Shown one piece after another: positions 1-13,018 of a DNA stretch of 64,000 nucleotides. Source of the DNA: Macrostomum hystrix (lineage: Eukaryota; Animalia; Platyhelminthes); assembly GCA_950097015.1 (NCBI GenBank), contig CATNEN010000039.1, positions 9,052,001 to 9,116,000 of the forward strand, read 5' to 3'. A program made the translations under genes and the position numbers. Each line of letters opens with the position of its first letter. The stretch's first letter is position 1. Below the pieces are notes generated by a model. It did not search any database. It saw only the letters and a program-made list of their open reading frames with translations, and was not told where the DNA came from.

Positions 1-290
1 TAGAATGGGGATAGAGCTGGATAGAATGGGGATAGAGCTGGATAGAATGTGGATAGAATGAGGATAGAGCTGAATAGAATGGGGATAGAGCTGGATAGAA
101 TGTGGATAGAATGAGGATAGAGCTGAATAGAATTTGGATAGAGCTGGATAGAATGGGGATAGAATGGGGATAGAGCTGGATAGAATGTGGATAGAATGAG
201 GATAGAGCTGAATAGAATTTGGATAGAGCTGGATAGAATGAGGATAGAGCTGGATAGAATGGGGATAGAGCTGGATAGAATTGGGATAGA
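1..290. repeat. Minisatellite, ~21-bp unit (atagagctggatagaatgggg), truncated by window edge
   Basis: Tandem copies read directly. Confidence 0.95.
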
Positions 291-734
291 AGCTGGCGAA
301 CTCTTGGAAAACTGTTTCGCCCCTTTAAAAAAGTTCTGGCCTTGCATCAGATAATTTTTTATAACTTGCCAGACGGTGTTTTCATTATTTCTGAAAAAAC
401 CCAGTCCTGAACGTGAAAAACGAGTTTCAAAAAAACAAGGGTAATGGCACTGTTAAGCGCCAAGCTTTAATTAAAAGTTTTCGCGCAACTGCACTAACCA
501 TGGCTTCCCATAGTTTGCGTTCAATCCCAACCCTATTAGGATATTAAATTTACGTTCGATTCTTTTTTAACATCGCGCAATTGCGTGAAAGAAAACTTTT
601 GATTTCATATTCGATTGAATGTCAGACAGTAGGTCACAGAATCATTTTTTACGCTTAAAGTATTTATTGAAGCTTTTAGAATCCGTTTTAGCATTTACCA
701 CTCCAACCATGTTTTTAGCGATTTGAGTATATCT

Positions 735-2525
735 CACTTGATAGCCTCACTTCACAGCCTCACTTCACAGCCTCACTTCACAGACTCACTTCACAGACTC
801 ACTTCACAGACTCACTTCATAGCCTCACTTCACAGGCTCACTTCACAGAATCACTTCACAGACTCACTTCACAGACTCACTTCATAGCCTCACTTCACAG
901 ACTCACTTCACAGACTCACTTCATAGCCTCACTTCACAGCCTCACTTCATAGCCTCACTTCACAGACTCACTTCACAGACTCACTTCATAGCCTCACTTC
1001 ACAGACTCACTTCACAGACTCACTTCACAGCCTCACTTCACAGACTCACTTCATAGCCTCACTTCACAGACTCACTTCATAGCCTCACTTCATAGCCTCA
1101 CTTCACAGACTCACTTCACAGACTCACTTCACAGGCTCACTTCACAGACTCACTTCACAGACTCACTTCACAGCCTCACTTCATAGCCTCACTTCACAGC
1201 CTCACTTCATAGCCTCACTTCATAGCCTCACTTCACAGGCTCACTTCACAGACTCACTTCACAGACTCACTTCACAGCCTCACTTCATAGCCTCACTTCA
1301 CAGACTCACTTCACAGCCTCACTTCACAGACTCACTTCATAGCCTCACTTCATAGCCTCACTTCACAGACTCACTTCATAGCCTCACTTCACAGCCTCAC
1401 TTCACAGCCTCACTTCACAGACTCACTTCATAGCCTCACTTCACAGACTCACTTCACAGACTCACTTCATAGCCTCACTTCACAGACTCACTTCACAGAC
1501 TCACTTCATAGCCTCACTTCACAGACTCACTTCACAGACTCACTTCACAGCCTCACTTCACAGACTCACTTCATAGCCTCACTTCACAGCCTCACTTCAT
1601 AGCCTCACTTCACAGACTCACTTCATAGCCTCACTTCACAGACTCACTTCACAGACTCACTTCACAGACTCACTTCACAGACTCACTTCACAGACTCACT
1701 TCATAGCCTCACTTCACAGACTCACTTCACAGACTCACTTCACAGACTCACTTCATAGCCTCACTTCACAGATTCACTTCACAGACTCACTTCACAGACT
1801 CACTTCATAGCCTCACTTCATAGCCTCACTTCACAGACTCACTTCACAGACTCACTTCACAGACTCACTTCATAGCCTCACTTCATAGCCTCACTTCACA
1901 GCCTCACTTCACAGCCTCACTTCATAGCCTCACTTCATAGCCTCACTTCACAGCCTCACTTCACAGCCTCACTTCACAGACTCACTTCATAGCCTCACTT
2001 CATAGCCTCACTTCACAGCCTCACTTCACAGACTCACTTCACAGACTCACTTCATAGCCTCACTTCACAGACTCACTTCACAGACTCACTTCATAGCCTC
2101 ACTTCACAGACTCACTTCACAGACTCACTTCATAGCCTCACTTCACAGACTCACTTCACAGACTCACTTCATAGCCTCACTTCACAGACTCACTTCACAG
2201 ACTCACTTCACAGCCTCACTTCACAGACTCACTTCATAGCCTCACTTCACAGCCTCACTTCATAGCCTCACTTCACAGACTCACTTCACAGACTCACTTC
2301 ATAGCCTCACTTCACAGATTCACTTCACAGACTCACTTCACAGACTCACTTCATAGCCTCACTTCATAGCCTCACTTCACAGACTCACTTCACAGACTCA
2401 CTTCACAGACTCACTTCATAGCCTCACTTCACAGACTCACTTCACAGACTCACTTCACAGACTCACTTCATAGCCTCACTTCATAGCCTCACTTCACAGA
2501 CTCAGTTCACAGACTCAGTTCACAG
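735..2525. repeat. Intronic minisatellite, 13-bp unit ctcacttca(c/t)ag(a/c), ~135 copies
   Basis: Tandem copies; ends ~50 bp before the splice acceptor at 2577. Confidence 0.97.
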
Positions 2526-2577
2526 CCATAGTTGTCATCAGAGTGACTCTTCTGCTTGTGACACGCCAATCTGACAG

Positions 2578-5500
2578 GAGGGTGTCAGCTCCAGTCTGTC
2601 CGTTCGGGTCTCGCTGACCAATGTTGGCCTGGCGCCTGTGTACAGCGACACGCTTGTCACAATGGCATCGAACAGCAGAGATGAAGAGCCAACGGACGCA
2701 TCGGACAATGCATTCATAGCCGAGTACCTGGCCAGCGCTGACCGAAGCACCGGTGGCACTGCTCGAACCCGACTGCTAAATACCGTGCTGACCGAGTACT
2801 GCAGGTGAGAGAGCCGGTAATCACACGCATGACAGAGAGCTTATTTACTGTGGCGGCAACATCAAAGGATATCAAAGTAAAAAATTGAATAATAAATTCT
2901 AGTATGAATCCTGAACCTTAGGCGGCGAGATCAAACAGATTAGTCGAATAAGGAATATTAGGCAGCAAGATCAAACAGATTGGTCGAATAAGGAATATTA
3001 GGCAGCAAGATCAAACAGATTAGTCGAATAAGGAACATTAGGCGGCAAGATCAAACAGATTAGTCGAATAAGGAATATTAGGCGGCAAGTTCAAACAGAT
3101 TAGTCGATTCTGGATTATTAGGCGACAAGATCAAACAGTTTAGTCGATTCACGAATATTAGGCGGCAGGATCAAACAGATTAGTCGATTCACGAATATTA
3201 GGCGGCAGGATCAAACAGATTAGTCGATTCACGAATATTAGGCGGCAGGATCAAACAGATTAGTCGATTCACGAATATTAGGCGGCAGGATCAAACAGAT
3301 TAGTCGATTCAGGAATATTAGGCGACAAGATCAAACAGTTTAGTCGATTCACGAATATTAGGCGGCAGGATCAAACAGATTAGTCGATTCAGGAATATTA
3401 GGCGGCAAGATCAAACAGATTAGTCGATTCAGGAATATTAGGCGGCAAGATCAAACAGATTAGTCGATTCAGGAATATTGGGCGGCAAGATCAAACAGAT
3501 TAGTCGATTCAGGAATATTAGGCGGCAAGATCAAACAGATTAGTTGAATAATAAACATTAGGCGGCGAGATCAATCATTTAGCCGTGTTTTGGTTAGCGA
3601 TTTGAAGCAGTCTTTCCAATTGCTGCGTTGAATTCGGCTTCCAAGCGTTAGAATTTTTTCGAAAAAATATTGCACTTTAAAACTTTTTTCACAACATATC
3701 GGCTTTCCAACGAATCATTTGACGCTACAGGCAACCAGTGCCCGATCACTACGTGGTGAGGCTGGACAGGCGTGAGGGCGGCCTCACTAAGCTGGGCAAA
3801 GTCATCTGCGGCAATCGAACTGGCCCGGGAGGTCGCGCTCCCGGATGTCCGGCCGAATACCTGCCTGGCGATGTGTACTATTATCGAAAGCTCGACGAAC
3901 CGTGCTCCGGCGGGGTGAGTTCACGCCAGCCAACCGATATGTATTGTAATAATTATTGCACGAGGCCTGCAATGGCACATCATTTGGTGAGAGACAATTC
4001 TGCCTATTGCGCTGACTTCTAAGCGCACAAGCACACAGGTTGTACATCTGCCCCGACTTTCTCATCGGCAGGCAGTGTACACTCTCACTGTGCCTTAAAG
4101 AATGGCCCTCGAGGGCGTAAATTGCACGACAAGCCCCCAAGCCTTCTCTCCGCGGCTGCGGCCTCGACGCGGAATCGAGCTCAGGAAACTCGGTGCGAGA
4201 GGCGAACGCGTTAACCGCCCAGCCACTCACCCCCCCCCCTGCAGCCAACCGAATGTTCTCAAAACCCGCCTGCAGATTTCTCAAAACTAATGAGGTTCTG
4301 GAAAGCATTTTATTTTTTCAAGCGGCCTTTTCTAACTTAGGTTTCTGATTGACATTCAAGGAATTAAAAGTTAGTTTTTTAAAAACTAAAAACTTGCAAA
4401 ACACTTGACTTTCACTGCTAAGGCCAGGGAGGAAGTGTTCCTACAGGATATAGATCCCATTCCCATGAACTTGTTCATCCCCATGAACAAGTTGGTCAAT
4501 GATTAATGACCCCCCATCCACCACTGCCGATTCCCCATGACCCCTACAAGCACAATACAGGTTAGAAGATGTGCTCCTGTGACTGACGCAAATTCCTTCG
4601 CACTCGAAGTAAAAAAGGATGAGTTTGAGGGAAGAAACAGGTTTAGATTCTCCGATTCTCTCCCGACCATTTTCTTTTCATTCTCTGCTTCTCTGCGACC
4701 GACCGGCTCAAAAGTTTCCTCTCCTTATTTTGCATCAGATTTCGGCCCAGCCAAATGATAAATAATGCATGGGCAGGCAGCGCGGCCTGTTTTCCTGAGT
4801 CTCCTCACAAACACATCCTCTTTCACTTGTAGCAGAGAATAGAGGGAGTGAAAGACTTTCTCAGGCTTGAGCTGGCAGTGCTTGGGATTCCACCGTCCTT
4901 TCGGAATGGGGATCCTGATATTACTAATCTGGGATTCTAAAGCTTCGGAATGGGGATTCTATAGTTTCGGAATGGGGATCCTGATATTTCTTAACTGGGA
5001 TTCAAAAGTTTCGAAATGGGGATCTACACTTTCGAAATGGGGATCCTGATATTTCTTAAATGGGATTCTAAAGTTTCGGAATGGGGATTCTGATATTTCT
5101 TAACTGGGATTCTAAAGTTTCGGAATGGGGATTCTGATATTTCTTAACTAAGATTCTAAAGTTTCGGAATGGGGATTCTGATATTTCTTAACTAAGATTC
5201 TAAAGTTTCGGAATGGGGATTCTGATATTTCTTAACTGGGATTCTAAAGTTTCGGAATGGGGATCCTGATATTACTTAACTGGGATTCTAAAGTTTCGGA
5301 ATGGGGATTCTGATATTTCTTAAATGGGATTCTAAAGTTTCGGAATGGGGATTCTGATATTTCTTAAATGGGATTCTAAAGTTTCGGAATGGGGATCTAC
5401 ACTTTCGGAATGGGGATTCTATAGTTTCAGAATCGGGATTCTACACTTTCAGAATGGGGATTTTACACTTTCGGAATGGTGATTTTTAAAGTTTCGAAAT

Positions 5501-8500
5501 GTGATTTCAAAAGTATTGATATTTCTAAGTTCTATAATTTTCGTTTTTTCGACGAAAATACAAAAATATTTTAGCCATACTACTTGCCACAAACTTAAAA
5601 GTAGCCAGGTGCGGATGTTAGTGCTATCGTTTGCATTATTTCGTTATACTCAAAAACTAATTTTTTTCGCATCAAGCAGGACTCCGCCGACTTTGGGATT
5701 GCGTCGTCCACTTCTGCCAAGCCGACGTACCAATTCCGGTGCGGCCAGACGAGCGACATTTTGAATAAAATCTTCAACATGACGACTGGCGAAGAGCTGG
5801 CCTTGCCGATCGTTGTACACGACGGTCTGGGAGACTGCGGCTACGCGATGGCCAAGTGCTTGGCCTGCCTCAGGCAGCCCACCTGCGCACACAAGCGTAT
5901 GCGGCTCATGGCTCAATGTGCTTACCTGTCTTATGCGGGATTAGTGATGATTTATCCCTTCACTGCGGGATTCGTGACGATTGCTCCAATCAAGTGTGGG
6001 ATTAGTGCTAATTCACCCCCTTTCTGTGGGACGATGAGGGATTTATCCCAACAGTGTGGGATTAGTGATGATTTATCCCATCAGTGTGGGATCAGTGATG
6101 ATTTATCCCAACAGTGTGGGATTAGTGATGATTTATCCCATCAATGTGGGATTAGTGATGAGTTATCCCATCAGTGTGGGATTAGTGATGGGTTATCCCA
6201 TCAGTGTGGGATTAGTGATGACTTATCCCATCAGTGTGGGATTAGTGATGAGTTATCCCATCAGTGTGGGATTCGTGATGATTTATCCCATCAGTGTGGG
6301 ATTCGTGATGAGTTATCCAATAAATGTGGGATTAGTGATGATTTATCCAATAAATGTGGGATTAGTGATGATTTAGCCTATCACTGTTGTTTTATAAATG
6401 ATTTTTTCACTCACTAAAAATGGAATTATCGATAATTTATCCTCTTCAAAATGTTATAAGTCATCCAGCTTCTCTACATTTGCCAATTAGTAAAATGCCC
6501 AAAATGCTCCGAATGCTGCAGCTCATCCATTGAAATCGACAAGCTCAAACTGCTGCCCGCTCGACTGCTACAGCATGGCTCCCTGCGCCAGCTATTACCG
6601 GTCCAGGTGCATCAGGGAGGAACCCACCTGCGGCAAAGGTGAGGGCCTGGGAAAAAAACTGTTACGGATCTGGTATTTTGGAATGGGGATTCAACCGTTT
6701 CAGAATTAGAAATCTACAGTTCAAGAGTTGGGATTCTACAGTTTCAGAATGGGGATTACACAGTTTCAGAATGGGGATTCTACAGTTTCAGAATGGGGAT
6801 TACACAGTTTCAGAATGGGATTCTACAGTTTCAGATTGGAGATTCTACAGTTTCAGAATGGGGATTACACAGTTTCAGAATGGGGATTATACAGTTTCAG
6901 AATTGGGATTATACAGTTTCAGAATTGGGATTATACAGTTTCAGAATGGGGATTACACAGTTTCAGAATGGGGATTACACAGTTTCAGAATGGGATTCTA
7001 CAGTTTCAGAATGGGGATTACACAGTTTCAGAATGGGGATTACACAGTTTCAGAATGGGGATTCTACAGTTTCAGAATGGGATTCTACAGTTCAAGAGTT
7101 GGGATTCTACAGTTTCACAATGGGGATTACACAGTTTCAGAATGGGGATTCTACAGTTTCAGAATGGGAATTACACAGTTTCCGAATTGGGATTCTACAG
7201 TTTCAGAATTGGGATTCTACAGTTTCCGAATTGGGATTATACAGTTTCAGAATTGGGATTCTACAGTTTCCGAATTGGGATTCTACAGTTTCAGAATTGG
7301 GATTATACAGTTTCAGAATTGGGATTTTACAGTTTCAGAATTGGGATTATACAGTTTCAGAATTGGGATTATACAGTTTCAGAATTGGGATTCTACAGTT
7401 TCAGAATGGGGATTCTACAGTTTCAGAATGGGGATTATACAGTTTCAGAATTGGGATTATACAGTTTCAGAATTGGGATTATACAGTTTCAGAATTGGGA
7501 TTATACAGTTTCAGAATTGGGATTCTACAGTTTCAGAATTGGGATTACACAGTTTCAGAATGGAGATTACACAGTTTCAGAATGGGGATTACACAGTTTC
7601 AGAATGGGGATTACACAGTTTCAGAATGGGATTCTACAGTTCAAGAGTTGGGATTCTACAGTTTCACAATGGGGATTACACAGTTTCAGAATGGGGATTC
7701 TACAGTTTCAGAATGGGATTCTACAGTTTAAGAGTTGGGATTCTACAGTTTCACAATGGGGATTACACAGTTTCAGAATGGGGATTCTACAGTTTCAGAA
7801 TGGGAATTACACAGTTTCCGAATTGGGATTCTACAGTTTCAGAATTGGGATTATACAGTTTCAGAATTGGGATTCTACAGTTTCAGAATGGGAATTACAC
7901 AGTTTCCGAATTGGGATTCTACAGTTTCAGAATTGGGATTATACAGTTTCAGAATTGGGATTCTACAGTTTCAGAATGGGGATTACACAGTTTCAGAATT
8001 GGGATTCTACAGTTTCAGAATGGGGATTCTACAGTTTCAGAATGGGAATTACACAGTTTCAGAATTGGGATTCTACAGTTTCCGAATGGGATTCTACAGT
8101 TTCAGAATGGGATTCTACAGTTTCAGAATGGGATTCTACAGTTTCAGAATGGGATTCTACAGTTTCAGAATGGGGATTCTACAGTTTCAGAATGGGGATT
8201 CTACAGTTTCAGAATTGGGATTCTACAGTTTCAGAATGGGAATTACACAGTTTCCGAATTGGGATTCTACAGTTTCAGAATTGGGATTCTACAGTTTCAG
8301 AATAGGGGTTTCTACAGTTTCAGAATGGGGATTCTACAGTTTCAGAATTGGGATTCTACAGTTTCCGAATTGGGATTCTACAGTTTCAGAATTGGGATTA
8401 TACAGTTTCAGAATTGGGATTTTACAGTTTCAGAATTGGGATTATACAGTTTCAGAATTGGGATTATACAGTTTCAGAATTGGGATTCTACAGTTTCAGA

Positions 8501-11500
8501 ATGGGGATTCTACAGTTTCAGAATGGGGATTATACAGTTTCAGAATTGGGATTATACAGTTTCAGAATTGGGATTATACAGTTTCAGAATTGGGATTATA
8601 CAGTTTCAGAATTGGGATTCTACAGTTTCAGAATTGGGATTACACAGTTTCAGAATGGAGATTACACAGTTTCAGAATGGGGATTACACAGTTTCAGAAT
8701 GGGGATTACACAGTTTCAGAATGGGATTCTACAGTTCAAGAGTTGGGATTCTACAGTTTCACAATGGGGATTACACAGTTTCAGAATGGGGATTCTACAG
8801 TTTCAGAATGGGATTCTACAGTTTAAGAGTTGGGATTCTACAGTTTCACAATGGGGATTACACAGTTTCAGAATGGGGATTCTACAGTTTCAGAATGGGA
8901 ATTACACAGTTTCCGAATTGGGATTCTACAGTTTCAGAATTGGGATTATACAGTTTCAGAATTGGGATTCTACAGTTTCAGAATGGGAATTACACAGTTT
9001 CCGAATTGGGATTCTACAGTTTCAGAATTGGGATTATACAGTTTCAGAATTGGGATTCTACAGTTTCAGAATGGGGATTACACAGTTTCAGAATTGGGAT
9101 TCTACAGTTTCAGAATGGGGATTCTACAGTTTCAGAATGGGAATTACACAGTTTCAGAATTGGGATTCTACAGTTTCCGAATGGGATTCTACAGTTTCAG
9201 AATGGGATTCTACAGTTTCAGAATGGGATTCTACAGTTTCAGAATGGGATTCTACAGTTTCAGAATGGGGATTCTACAGTTTCAGAATGGGGATTCTACA
9301 GTTTCAGAATTGGGATTCTACAGTTTCAGAATGGGAATTACACAGTTTCCGAATTGGGATTCTACAGTTTCAGAATTGGGATTCTACAGTTTCAGAATAG
9401 GGGTTTCTACAGTTTCAGAATGGGAATTACACAGTTTCCGAATTGGGATTCTACAGTTTCAGAATTGGGATTCTACAGTTTCAGAATAGGGGTTTCTACA
9501 GTTTCAGAATGGGGATTCTACAGTTTCAGAATTGGGATTCTACAGTTTCAGAATGGGAATTACACAGTTTCCGAATTGGGATTATACAGTTTCAGAATTG
9601 GGATTCTACAGCTTCCAAATTGGGATTCTAAAGTTTTAAATTGAAAAAATTGTTATAGTTTCTTGGGATTTTGAAAATCCTTAAAAAAGATTTTGAACTT
9701 TGCAAATCTCCAAGGCGCAAGTGTCCCGTGTATATCTGTCGTCACAATTTCAAGCTTGACTGAACACGGAAATTGTCCTTGATCAGTTGCCAGTTTTTTG
9801 TTGCTGTCAAATCTTCAATTCTGTCAATTTCTAGGGGCCGAAAGCTGACCAATTCCTGACTTGGCAATGAAACAGAAGCTTAAGGAAATCTACTAGAATA
9901 AGAAATAGTTTGTTAATCCACCAGTCTGTTGTTGTTACCGTCCTCATTTTTTCGCAAAATTGCCTAAAAATAATTGAACTGTAATAGAAAAAAATGTTAC
10001 ACATCTTACTCAGCTGAATTTAGGTCTAGATTAGTTTTTGTTTAAATCTTAAAATATCAGATTTTTTGGGATACGAAATTACACACACTTTCTAAACCGA
10101 GGATTCATTTTTTCTATGGCTTTGAAGAACCCTAGACAAGTAGTCTACAGTTTAGGGATTTAGGATTCCATAAGTTAGGGATTTAGGATTCCAGAAGTTA
10201 GGGATTTAGGATTCCATAAGTTAGGGATTTAGGATTCCAGAAGTTAGGGATTTAGGATTCCAGAAGTTAGGGATTTAGGATTCCAGAAGTTAGGGATTTA
10301 GGATTCCATAAGTTAGGGATTTAGGATTCCATAAGTTAGGGATTTAGGATTCCATAAGTTAGGGATTTAGGATTCCATAAGTTAGGGATTTAGGATTCCA
10401 TAAGTTAGGGATTTAGGATTCCATAAGTTAGGGATTTAGGATTCCATAAGTTAGGGATTTAGGATTCCATAAGTTAGGGATTTAGGATTCCATAAGTTAG
10501 GGATTTAGGATTCCATAAGTTAGGGATTTAGGATTCCAGAAGTTAGGGATTTAGGATTCCAGAAGTTAGGGATTTAGGATTCCATAAGTTAGGGATTTAG
10601 AATTCTTCAATTTTGGGATTTAGGATTCTTCAGCATTAGTGTTTAAGGATTCTAGAATTCAGGAATTTAAGACTGTACAGTTTAAGGATTAGGATTAGGA
10701 TTAGAAAATAAAATCGAAACCTTCGCTGTTGCGCCCGCAGGCACCGAGGACACATTCACCCTGACGCCAATCTTCAACGGATTTGCTAGACCCGGTGTCA
10801 ACGGTTCCTCCTATTTCACCTGCCAGCTGGCCTACAGACAGCCGGAGCTTCTGTACAGGCTGTCCTATTCGTTCCGGCTCACGCGTCCCGACGGCCCGTC
10901 AGGCTGGCGCGGTCCCAGCCGGACATTGTCGCTGCCAGCAGGCAATGCCAGTTTTCATCGTCTGGGCCAGATTAGATTCGGCGCCCTGCAATTGTCGCAC
11001 GGCACTGGCGTGGACCTGCCGCGGACCTGCTTGATCAGGGCCGGGCTGCACCTGGACAAGGCTGGCCGGGTCTTGGCTGGCTCCCCGATCAACTTTCACC
11101 GGCTGAGAGAGGCCGCTGGCGGAGGCGAAAAATTTAAACCGGACGCGCCGATTGAAGGATCGCCAAGGTAACAGAGTAGCTGATGTACACAAAATAGAAA
11201 TTACAGCCAGCTCAGTTGGAGAGGGGGTGAGGGGGAGGGCGGTCTAACGCGTTTGACTCTCGCGCCAAGGTCCATGAGCTCGATTCCGCAACGAAGCCAC
11301 ATTCATTCGGGGCGCAGCCGCGGAGACAAGGCTTGGCGGCTTGTCGTGCAATTCACGCCCTTGAGGGCCAACCTCCAAGGCACAGTGAGAGTGTAGACTG
11401 CCTGACGATGAGAAAGTCCGGGCAGATGTACAGCTGTTCAGTCCATGGACTGGTGGACCGACGCAATCCCCCCTGAGTTTTTCTACCCCATCTGATTTTT

Positions 11501-13018
11501 ACAGCTAGGAAATTCAGGTGAATTCTAATACGAGCTACAAGATGTTACTAATTTAAAAGTACGAGTACATCTATTTTTTAATTAGATGCGCAAAACAAGG
11601 ACCCTAGAAGTAAAAGGGCGGGAAACTACGTTTCTTGGAAAAAAAACTTGAAGGCTGGTTTTCGTGACAATACAATAATCAAACACGCAGGTACACTGTG
11701 GCAGTTCAGGTGCGCAGTCCGTTCGCGGTGTCCTCATCCAGCTGGTCCCGCCAGGGCTGCGGCCTCAACGCCAACCTGCTGCTGCCGAACGCCACGCTCT
11801 ATGCAGACGGCCCTGCCCTAGGCGAAGCTGTTGAAAGCATTCAGCGAACTGTCCAGCCGATTTCCGGACCCGACGGAAGTTTTCGGTACACACTGCACAG
11901 CGCGGAATATCCCTATCTGAACTTGGAGGTGGCAGGTGAGCACTGGATTGAGTAGATAATGGATTGAGTAGATAATGGATTGAGTAGATACTGGATTGAG
12001 TAGATAATGGATTGAGTAGATACTGGATTGAGTAGATAATGGATTGAGTAGATACTGGATTGAGTAGATAATGAATTGAGTAGATACTGGATTGAGTAGA
12101 TAATGGATTGAGTAGATACTGGATTGAGTAGATAATGGATTGAGTAGATACTGGATTGAGTAGATACTGGATTGAGTAGATAATGGATTGAGTAGATACT
12201 AGATTGAGTAGATACTGGATTGAGTAGATACTGGATTGAGTAGATAATGGATTGAGTAGATACTGGATTGAGTAGATAATGGATTGAGTAGATACTGGAT
12301 TGCGTAGATACTGGATTGAGTAGATAATGGATTGAGTAGATACTAGATTGAGTAGATACTGGATTGAGTAGATACTGGATTGAGTAGATAATGGATTGAG
12401 TAGACCCGATAGTGGATTGAGTAGACTCGATAGTGGATTGAGTAGACTCGATAGTGGATTGAGTAGACTCGATAGTGGATTGAGTAGACTCGATAGTGGA
12501 TTGAGTAGACTCGATAGTGGATTGAGTATACTCGATAGTGGATTGAGTAGACTCGATAGTGGATTGAGTAGACTCGATAGTGGATTGAGTAGACTCGATA
12601 GTGGATTGAGTAGACTCTATAGTGGATTGAGTAGACTCGATAGTGGATTGAGTAGACTCGATAGTGGATTGAGTAGACTCGATAGTGGATTGAGTAGACT
12701 CGATAGTGGATTGAGTAGACTCGATAGTGGATTGAGTAGACTCGATAGTGGATTGAGTAGACTCGATAGTGGATTGAGTAGACTCGATAGTGGATTGAGT
12801 AGACCCGATAGTGGATTGAGTAGACTCGATAGTGGATTGAGTAGACTCGATAGTGGATTGAGTAGACTCAATAGTGGATTGAGTAGACTCGATAGTGGAT
12901 TGAGTATACTCGATAGTGGATTGAGTATACTCGATAGTGGATTGAGTAGACTCGATAGTGGATTGAGTAGACTCTATAGTGGATTTCTTCAGCCGAGCTC
13001 AAATTCGAAATATTTTGA
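2578..13018 (+). CDS. 5'-incomplete multi-exon gene for a Cys-rich extracellular glycoprotein, possibly a divergent ZP-domain protein
   Basis: Phase-consistent GT-AG exons 2578-2804, 3731-3914, 5680-5896, 6522-6638, 10741-11167, 11691-11935, probable terminal exon 12993-13018 (AELKFEIF*). Several N-x-S/T sequons (NRT, NMT, NGS, NAS, NAT). Cys motifs YQFRCG, GDCG, PTCG, YFTCQL, RTCLI, QGC. ZP call is inference; terminal exon uncertain. Confidence 0.75.
2918..3575. repeat. Intronic minisatellite, 40-bp unit (attaggcggcaagatcaaacagattagtcgattcaggaat)
   Basis: ~16 tandem copies. Confidence 0.95.
4036..4240 (-). mobile_element. tRNA-derived SINE, family 1
   Basis: Minus strand has A-box-like tggctgggcgg and B-box-like gagctcgattcc; body homologous to copies at ~11222, ~35281 and ~56615. 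Confidence 0.8.
4900..5500. repeat. Intronic minisatellite, ~43-bp unit built from two ~22-bp gggattct subunits
   Basis: Tandem copies; related to the 6680-9630 array. Confidence 0.9.
5990..6380. repeat. Intronic minisatellite, 30-bp unit (gtgggattagtgatgatttatcccatcagt)
   Basis: Tandem copies. Confidence 0.95.
6680..9630. repeat. Intronic minisatellite, 21-22-bp unit (gggattctacagtttcagaat[t]) with a 1095-bp higher-order duplication
   Basis: Tandem copies; rare variants recur at +1095 bp. Confidence 0.97.
10150..10605. repeat. Intronic minisatellite, 23-bp unit (ttagggatttaggattcca[t/g]aag)
   Basis: Tandem copies; one TTAGGG per unit. Confidence 0.95.
11222..11435 (+). mobile_element. tRNA-derived SINE, family 1
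   Basis: B-box-like gagctcgattcc; body matches the reverse complement of 4036-4240. Confidence 0.8.
11943..12985. repeat. Compound intronic minisatellite: 16-bp unit (ggattgagtagata[c/a]t) switching to 21-bp unit (ggattgagtagactcgatagt) near 12400
   Basis: Tandem copies filling nearly all of intron 11936-12992. Confidence 0.97.

Noticed and set aside
6639-9644. 1001-aa ORF and overlapping ORFs
   Set aside because: Stop-free frames of a 22-bp minisatellite lying in an intron; begins at a splice-donor GTG
11222-11290. tRNA gene
   Set aside because: A/B-box-like motifs belong to SINE heads; no complete cloverleaf
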